Positions 27,525-32,268 of a stretch of DNA of 32,268 nt are shown piece after piece. The stretch lies in the IMG/VR virus record IMGVR_UViG_3300030330_000812, positions 1-32,268 of that record. One strand, written 5' to 3'. This stretch comes from a virus (Duplodnaviria > Caudoviricetes). The notes under the pieces were generated by a model. The model was not told where the DNA came from, ran no database searches, and saw nothing but the letters and a program-made list of their open reading frames with translations. The translations under genes were made by a program, and so were the position numbers. Numbering within the stretch: position 1 is the stretch's first letter; each line of letters begins with the position of its first letter.

Positions 27525-28058
27525 ATGAATAACGATAAACTGTTGTCTCCATTTCCAAAGGAGCTTGTAAAGAAAGCACCTGCTGGTAAGTTCGGTGATT
27601 ATGTACCACATGCTAATTATGTTGAAAGATTACGTGATAGTGGCGTTCAATATAGTTGGTCTTGTGAACCAGTATATGGAACATTTAATGGAGAGAAAAG
27701 AATTGTTGGAGCTAAAGGTACCATAGCTATTGAAGGTATGGGTAAGTACGATGGCTTCGGTGATGTTGATACTTTCAAACTTAGTAATTCTAAGTTTAAT
27801 GATGGTAGCAACTTAAAAGACGCAGAGTCAGATGCCTTCAAACGTGCATGTATGCGGTTTGGTCTGGGTGTTGAGCTATGGACAGGTAGCAAGCAGACAG
27901 AAGAAGAGGCTAGGGCTGAGGTAGATGAACCTGAAGATAAGGTAGAAGTTACTAAGGTCGACATGCGTAAGAAAGAAAATAAACCATCTCCTGAAGATAT
28001 CAAGAAGATGGAAGCAATAATGGACAGTATCGTTGGTACTGTCGGAGAGGATAACTAA
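27525..28058 (+). CDS. sak: Sak/Rad52-family single-strand annealing protein
   Basis: YVPHANYVERL and KDAESDAFKRACMRFGLGVELW match the Rad52/22 signature. The SD supports ATG 27525. Confidence 0.85.
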   Translation: MNNDKLLSPFPKELVKKAPAGKFGDYVPHANYVERLRDSGVQYSWSCEPVYGTFNGEKRIVGAKGTIAIEGMGKYDGFGDVDTFKLSNSKFNDGSNLKDAESDAFKRACMRFGLGVELWTGSKQTEEEARAEVDEPEDKVEVTKVDMRKKENKPSPEDIKKMEAIMDSIVGTVGEDN

Positions 28059-28366
28059 TGCAATACACAATAGGACAGGTATTAGATACATTACCTGAAT
28101 CAATGCAAGCAAAAAAAGCAAGTGCATACTTGTTTGAAGAGCAATATAAGAACATACTAGATGCTACTCCTAACAAATGGGTAGCTATGGATGTTGAAGA
28201 CATTACTGGATTAGATAGAAAAGGAACTGAATATATAAAAAAGGTTGGTAAATACTATCACAGAGTAAAGTCTTGGAATAAAAAATATGATGATTATGAA
28301 TTTAAAAACATAAGAACTGAATCTCAATTCATCATGTTTGGAAAGAGAGTAATCAATGGAATATAA
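28058..28366 (+). CDS. Hypothetical protein, paralogue A (102 aa)
   Basis: Shares DTLPESM, PNKWV and NKKY with the next gene. Confidence 0.8.
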   Translation: MQYTIGQVLDTLPESMQAKKASAYLFEEQYKNILDATPNKWVAMDVEDITGLDRKGTEYIKKVGKYYHRVKSWNKKYDDYEFKNIRTESQFIMFGKRVINGI

Positions 28367-28649
28367 AGTAGGAGAAACATTTGATACTTTACCAGAATCT
28401 ATGGCTAGAGGTACTGGAGGCTCTCATAGAGCAGTATTCTTGGTAGAAAACTATGCAGAAAGATTAACTGCAGAGCCAAACAAATGGGTTGTATTAGATA
28501 CATTAGATGATTTAACTAAGTCTAAATTATATACACGTGTATCTAATTACAATAAAAAATACAATAGTAAGGGATTTGAATTTGCTAGAATTGTTACTGA
28601 AACAAATCAAATATTTTTGGGAAGATATAATCCAGATTTATTAGCATAA
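28356..28649 (+). CDS. Hypothetical protein, paralogue B (97 aa)
   Basis: End-to-end similarity to 28058..28366. Confidence 0.8.
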   Translation: MEYKVGETFDTLPESMARGTGGSHRAVFLVENYAERLTAEPNKWVVLDTLDDLTKSKLYTRVSNYNKKYNSKGFEFARIVTETNQIFLGRYNPDLLA

Positions 28650-29206
28650 TGCAAAACCTTGATTTTATTTTATCAACTGTAACAGAAATGTGTTCAAGTG
28701 TAGAATCTGCAGAAACTGTAAGTAAAATTATTGGTTCTGCTAATCAATACGCACAGGTACGTAAGTATCCACAAGATAAAACACAATGGTCTGACCAACA
28801 ACTAGACGCATACTTTGGTATGATAGAAAAGTTGGTTGATATGCCTACTGTGTTTACACAAGAAAACTTTGATAGCATGTCCATACAAGAAAAACTATCA
28901 GCAGTAGGTATAGAAACCGAAGACATAACTCCAGGCGTACAAGCTGCTGGTGATATGTTAGGAGGTATAGTAGATAAAATGGAAAAACAAAATAGTTATA
29001 GGGATGACCTTAAATGTCCATATTGTAAGTCAATGGTGTATGACAATAGAAACAATAAAAAGTCAGACAATAGTCCAGACTTTGTTTGCAGCACTAATGA
29101 CCCTATAGTATGTGGTGGACATACAGGCAAATGGCGGAAATCATGGTGGTTAGATAATAATGACATACCGAAGGAATGGGGTATCCATGATGAAACACCA
29201 TCTTAG
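28649..29206 (+). CDS. Protein with C-terminal Zn ribbon (CPYC..YDNR..SPDFVC..C), 185 aa
   Basis: Cys pattern seen directly. I recall similar Zn ribbons at the C-termini of Rad52-family proteins (unverified). Confidence 0.75.
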   Translation: MQNLDFILSTVTEMCSSVESAETVSKIIGSANQYAQVRKYPQDKTQWSDQQLDAYFGMIEKLVDMPTVFTQENFDSMSIQEKLSAVGIETEDITPGVQAAGDMLGGIVDKMEKQNSYRDDLKCPYCKSMVYDNRNNKKSDNSPDFVCSTNDPIVCGGHTGKWRKSWWLDNNDIPKEWGIHDETPS

Positions 29207-29244
29207 TAAATAGTTGGCTAGCTGCATGTGTAATACCTGTAGTA

Positions 29245-29640
29245 ATGAGTACAGCAAGTATGAATGAATACATAGAGTGTAGAGCAGATGCAGCAATAGT
29301 CAATCATGTAATAGAATACAAACCCCTTGTGGCTGATTATTTTAAAGAACAAGACATAACACAAGCCTTAAAAATTATCTTTTGTGAAAGCAGTGGAAAG
29401 AAAAATGCAAAAGGTCGTAATAGAGATGGGACAGAAGACATAGGTATCTGGCAGTTTAATGACAGAACATGGGCTTGGTTAAAACCTAAATTAGGTATAA
29501 TAAGTGATAGAACAGATGCAGTAGTATCAACTAAAGTTGCTGCCTGGCTAGTTTATAACGATGGCTGGCATCATTGGAACAGCAGCAAAAGTTGTTGGAA
29601 AGGAACTAACAATGCATTATTACAATATAAAGAAAGGTGA
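29245..29640 (+). CDS. SLT-type lytic transglycosylase (lysozyme-like fold); start uncertain
   Basis: IFCESSG (catalytic Glu), GIWQF and GWHHW motifs. Confidence 0.85.
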   Translation: MSTASMNEYIECRADAAIVNHVIEYKPLVADYFKEQDITQALKIIFCESSGKKNAKGRNRDGTEDIGIWQFNDRTWAWLKPKLGIISDRTDAVVSTKVAAWLVYNDGWHHWNSSKSCWKGTNNALLQYKER

Positions 29641-29759
29641 ATGATAACGTCAACAATCTTTACAACATGCAATGCAAAATGTGTGGTGCATGTTTTCTTA
29701 CAGATTATCCATTGGTAGATTTTTGTTCGGATTGTGAAGATGATGTTATGAAAATTATA
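29637..29759 (+). CDS. Small Zn-ribbon protein (40 aa, CKMC...CSDC); not in the ORF track
   Basis: GTGA overlap with the SLT stop codon. Two CxxC motifs. Confidence 0.65.
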
Positions 29760-29769
29760 AAGGAGTTTG

Positions 29770-29988
29770 ATGAAAGCTAATTTTGATAAAAAAGATATTG
29801 TTGATACCAACATATTTACTAATCCAGAATATATTAAGACGTGGGCAAAATCAATGCAAGATGCTTGTGGTAACGCATCAATGAAAATACCACCAGACAT
29901 GGGCAAATTAAAATGGTTAATGGATAAATTTGTTAATGATTATAATGAACAATTAGGTTTATTAGAGCCTATAGGAGAGGAAGAATGA
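29770..29988 (+). CDS. Hypothetical protein (72 aa)
   Basis: AAGGAG SD. Confidence 0.75.
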   Translation: MKANFDKKDIVDTNIFTNPEYIKTWAKSMQDACGNASMKIPPDMGKLKWLMDKFVNDYNEQLGLLEPIGEEE

Positions 29989-30548
29989 AAAACATAAATA
30001 CAACATTTGCTTCAGCAGAAGAAAAATATGCTGTAACACCTAGCGATACTAAGGTAAAATGGCACGCAAAGTTAAATCAATATAAAGAAAATGCAAAAAA
30101 TAAAAATACTTTTGGGGGAAAAAGGTTTTTAGGTCATACCAAAAAAGGTGCAGAGGTATGGGTTTCATATACATTAGATAAAAAAACTAAACAAATACAG
30201 ATAAAAACTACACATAATCTAAACGCGCTACGAGACAATTCTGCACGACTTGCACCGAGACGCGTAACAGTAGCAAATAATACATCATATATTGGTGATT
30301 TAAATGCAGTATCTGATAGAAATCATGGTAGAGTCACATCAAAAACACTTGAATATATAGAAACACTTATGGATTTTAGTCAAATGGGTATAGGTTTAGT
30401 ATCTGGTGAATGCAGTAAACAGTTGTTTTTATATGTATCTAATGCAATTTATGAAGGCGGAACAGATTTAGCTAAAGATGAATGCCGATGGTCAGATATT
30501 ATGGATACATGGGACTTACCAGCAGGACAATACTTTACAGTATATTAG
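29985..30548 (+). CDS. Hypothetical protein (187 aa), last gene of the plus-strand region
   Basis: GGAGAGG SD and ATGA overlap. Confidence 0.75.
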   Translation: MKNINTTFASAEEKYAVTPSDTKVKWHAKLNQYKENAKNKNTFGGKRFLGHTKKGAEVWVSYTLDKKTKQIQIKTTHNLNALRDNSARLAPRRVTVANNTSYIGDLNAVSDRNHGRVTSKTLEYIETLMDFSQMGIGLVSGECSKQLFLYVSNAIYEGGTDLAKDECRWSDIMDTWDLPAGQYFTVY

Positions 30549-30599
30549 TCCAAAATTGTAACATATAGGTCTTAAAACGTCTTAAAACAGCAAATAGGA

Positions 30600-30980
30600 C
30601 TATTTCTTACGTTTAATTTTTGGTTTCTGCATTCTAGAACTTGTAGGATATTCTCTAGCTAATGCTTTAAATTTACCTATAGCTCTTCTTTTATGCTCTA
30701 TACTTTGCATTTTGTAAAGAGTTTCTCCAAGTTTTCTATTTTTATATGCTGCTTTTAATGTCCTATGAGCACCCGCTAACCTTTTAAAAGGATTAGTTTG
30801 GTCTAATGTATCTTGCAACATTGTCTCTTGTCTTCTTCTAGCTTTACCATATAAAGCTTTATGAGATTGAATCCTTGCTTGTAATTCTCTTTTTGGCATA
30901 CTAAACGTAAGAGGGTCATCTTTTGCTGAACCTAATGGGCCAGGAAAATCTCTTTTAGGATTGTAAGGTGATTTTGCCAT
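30600..30980 (-). CDS. Highly basic hypothetical protein (126 aa)
   Basis: Lys/Arg-rich, TAATG-coupled to the holin. Confidence 0.75.
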   Translation of the reverse strand: MAKSPYNPKRDFPGPLGSAKDDPLTFSMPKRELQARIQSHKALYGKARRRQETMLQDTLDQTNPFKRLAGAHRTLKAAYKNRKLGETLYKMQSIEHKRRAIGKFKALAREYPTSSRMQKPKIKRKK

Positions 30981-31261
30981 TACTTACTAATTTGTTTTTT
31001 TGCGTATTCTTTTACTACTACTAACGCGGCACCGCCACCTGCAATAGCTGCTAGTTGTAATGTGTCTGCTTCAACACCAACGAGGGGACTAACAGTTAAA
31101 GCTCCAATAAAAGCTTCAACAAATGTCCATAACGTTTTTTCTAACATATTTTTTAATGAATCACTCATTTTATAACTCCATGCTTCGTTCCAAGGAGTCC
31201 ACCCCACATCCTTCTTGAATGTGCCATCTTGGTTTCTTTCTCTTTTATTCTTTATAAACAT
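30980..31261 (-). CDS. Holin (r1t/actinophage-type), with a possible second start at 31168
   Basis: LEKTLWTFVEAFIGAL and AAIAGGGAALVVVKEYA form two hydrophobic helices. Basic C-terminus. Near the endolysin. Confidence 0.8.
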   Translation of the reverse strand: MFIKNKRERNQDGTFKKDVGWTPWNEAWSYKMSDSLKNMLEKTLWTFVEAFIGALTVSPLVGVEADTLQLAAIAGGGAALVVVKEYAKKQISK

Positions 31262-31896
31262 TAATATTTAAATCCATAATCATCAATTTTAGAACCATAC
31301 AAATCAAAAGATTTCTTTTTTGCTTTAGGTAATGATGATAATACTGTAAATGCATCATAAGCTAACAATGCTGTACCAACTCCTGGTACTAATCTAGCAG
31401 CACCTTTAGCTACTAATTTTGCAGCAGCTTTTTTACCTACAACACCTTGCATGTATTTTTGCATAGAACGTGCTGCAAATTTATCTGCTTGAGCTTTAGA
31501 TTGTATACCTGATTTAAATGGTTTTTCTCCAGCTTTTAAAGTATCTACAGCTGTATCTGCAGGAAATGTTTTAAGAAAACTTGTTTGTCTAGTTCCTTTA
31601 GGTACTGCACCAGAACCAGATTTAATAGGACTACCTGCACTACGAGGCACACTTTGTGTCCCCGCTGTTACATTACCTAATTTATTTACACCTTTACCAG
31701 CTTTAGCTTTAGGTAAATCTTTAGGATTAACTTTTGTAACAATTAAACTTTTACGAGCTTTTACTCTTTGTGCAGTTGCAGCTAAACGTTGTTTTTTAGC
31801 AGCTTCTTTTAATGCTTTATCTGATATACCAGTAAATTCACCAACACCTTTTACTTTTATTGGTTTGCCTGAATCGTAATATAATTTTTTACTCAT
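31261..31896 (-). CDS. Highly basic Lys/Ala-rich protein with C-terminal hydrophobic segment (211 aa)
   Basis: Composition, and the segment AARLVPGVGTALLAYDAFTVL. Confidence 0.75.
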   Translation of the reverse strand: MSKKLYYDSGKPIKVKGVGEFTGISDKALKEAAKKQRLAATAQRVKARKSLIVTKVNPKDLPKAKAGKGVNKLGNVTAGTQSVPRSAGSPIKSGSGAVPKGTRQTSFLKTFPADTAVDTLKAGEKPFKSGIQSKAQADKFAARSMQKYMQGVVGKKAAAKLVAKGAARLVPGVGTALLAYDAFTVLSSLPKAKKKSFDLYGSKIDDYGFKY

Positions 31897-32268
31897 TTAA
31901 ATCATTCTCTTGCCATTTAGTTTAGCATTTAATGTTTTGATTTCACCACTAATCTCTTGTAATTTTTCATAAACATCTAATTGTTCAGTTGGTTTATTCA
32001 ATAATTTTTGTATAGTTGTATATTCTATACTTACAGGTTTACCTTGTAGTAATTCATTAGCTACTTTTGCATACATTTTTTTATATGCAACTGTACTACT
32101 ACCAACAAATCCATCTTTTGATATATCTAAATCTTGTTGTGTTTCACCAACTATTAAACAACCTGATGTATGCTCGTCAGTATTACCTGTATGAATTAAA
32201 ATATAGGTAAAATTAGGTACATCTTGTACATGTAACATCCCATAGTGGGCATTTTTGTAACGTTCAGT
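31897..32268 (-). CDS. DUF5675-like (YkuD/L,D-transpeptidase-related) putative endolysin, N-terminus outside the window
   Basis: ILIHTGNTDEHTSGCLIVG His/Cys motif. The frame is open to the window end. Confidence 0.8.
   Translation of the reverse strand, partial: TERYKNAHYGMLHVQDVPNFTYILIHTGNTDEHTSGCLIVGETQQDLDISKDGFVGSSTVAYKKMYAKVANELLQGKPVSIEYTTIQKLLNKPTEQLDVYEKLQEISGEIKTLNAKLNGKRMI

Noticed and set aside
21471-29906. Minus-strand ORFs in the early region (e.g. 21850..22215, 23984..24304, 27127..27609, 27647..28003, 29571..29906)
   Set aside because: They overlap well-supported plus-strand genes and have no independent evidence.

Overview
An AT-rich, gene-dense section of a tailed dsDNA phage with podovirus-like architecture, probably most of a circularly permuted genome. 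A minus-strand late operon runs from 20210 down to 1: terminase, portal, four probable ejection/internal virion proteins, scaffold, SU10/DUF5309-type major capsid, tail proteins and a tail fibre cut by the window edge. It appears to resume at 32268-30600 with a DUF5675-type endolysin, a holin and two very basic proteins. A plus-strand early/middle region (20902-30548) holds small Zn-finger proteins, a MoxR-type AAA+ ATPase with a HExxH-peptidase/VWA partner, a metallophosphoesterase, a Sak/Rad52-like annealase and an SLT transglycosylase. I recognise no DNA polymerase, primase, helicase, RNR or integrase. GAAAGGA Shine-Dalgarno sites, apparently leaderless promoters and the holin type suggest an actinobacterial host, possibly low-GC marine Ca. 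Actinomarina (inference). The most striking signals are non-coding. (1) A family of hairpins with unrelated stems (three perfect 15-bp, one 9-bp) and a shared 7-nt TTTTCGG-like loop sits just before early-gene RBSs. (2) An array of NrdR-box-like palindromes has canonical 31/42-bp spacing. (3) There are three promoter-associated, multi-stem candidate RNAs, one displaying an anti-SD loop. (4) A mutually exclusive SD-sequestering switch lies in front of the AAA/VWA operon. All protein calls come from motifs and gene context read by eye; no database search or folding software was run.
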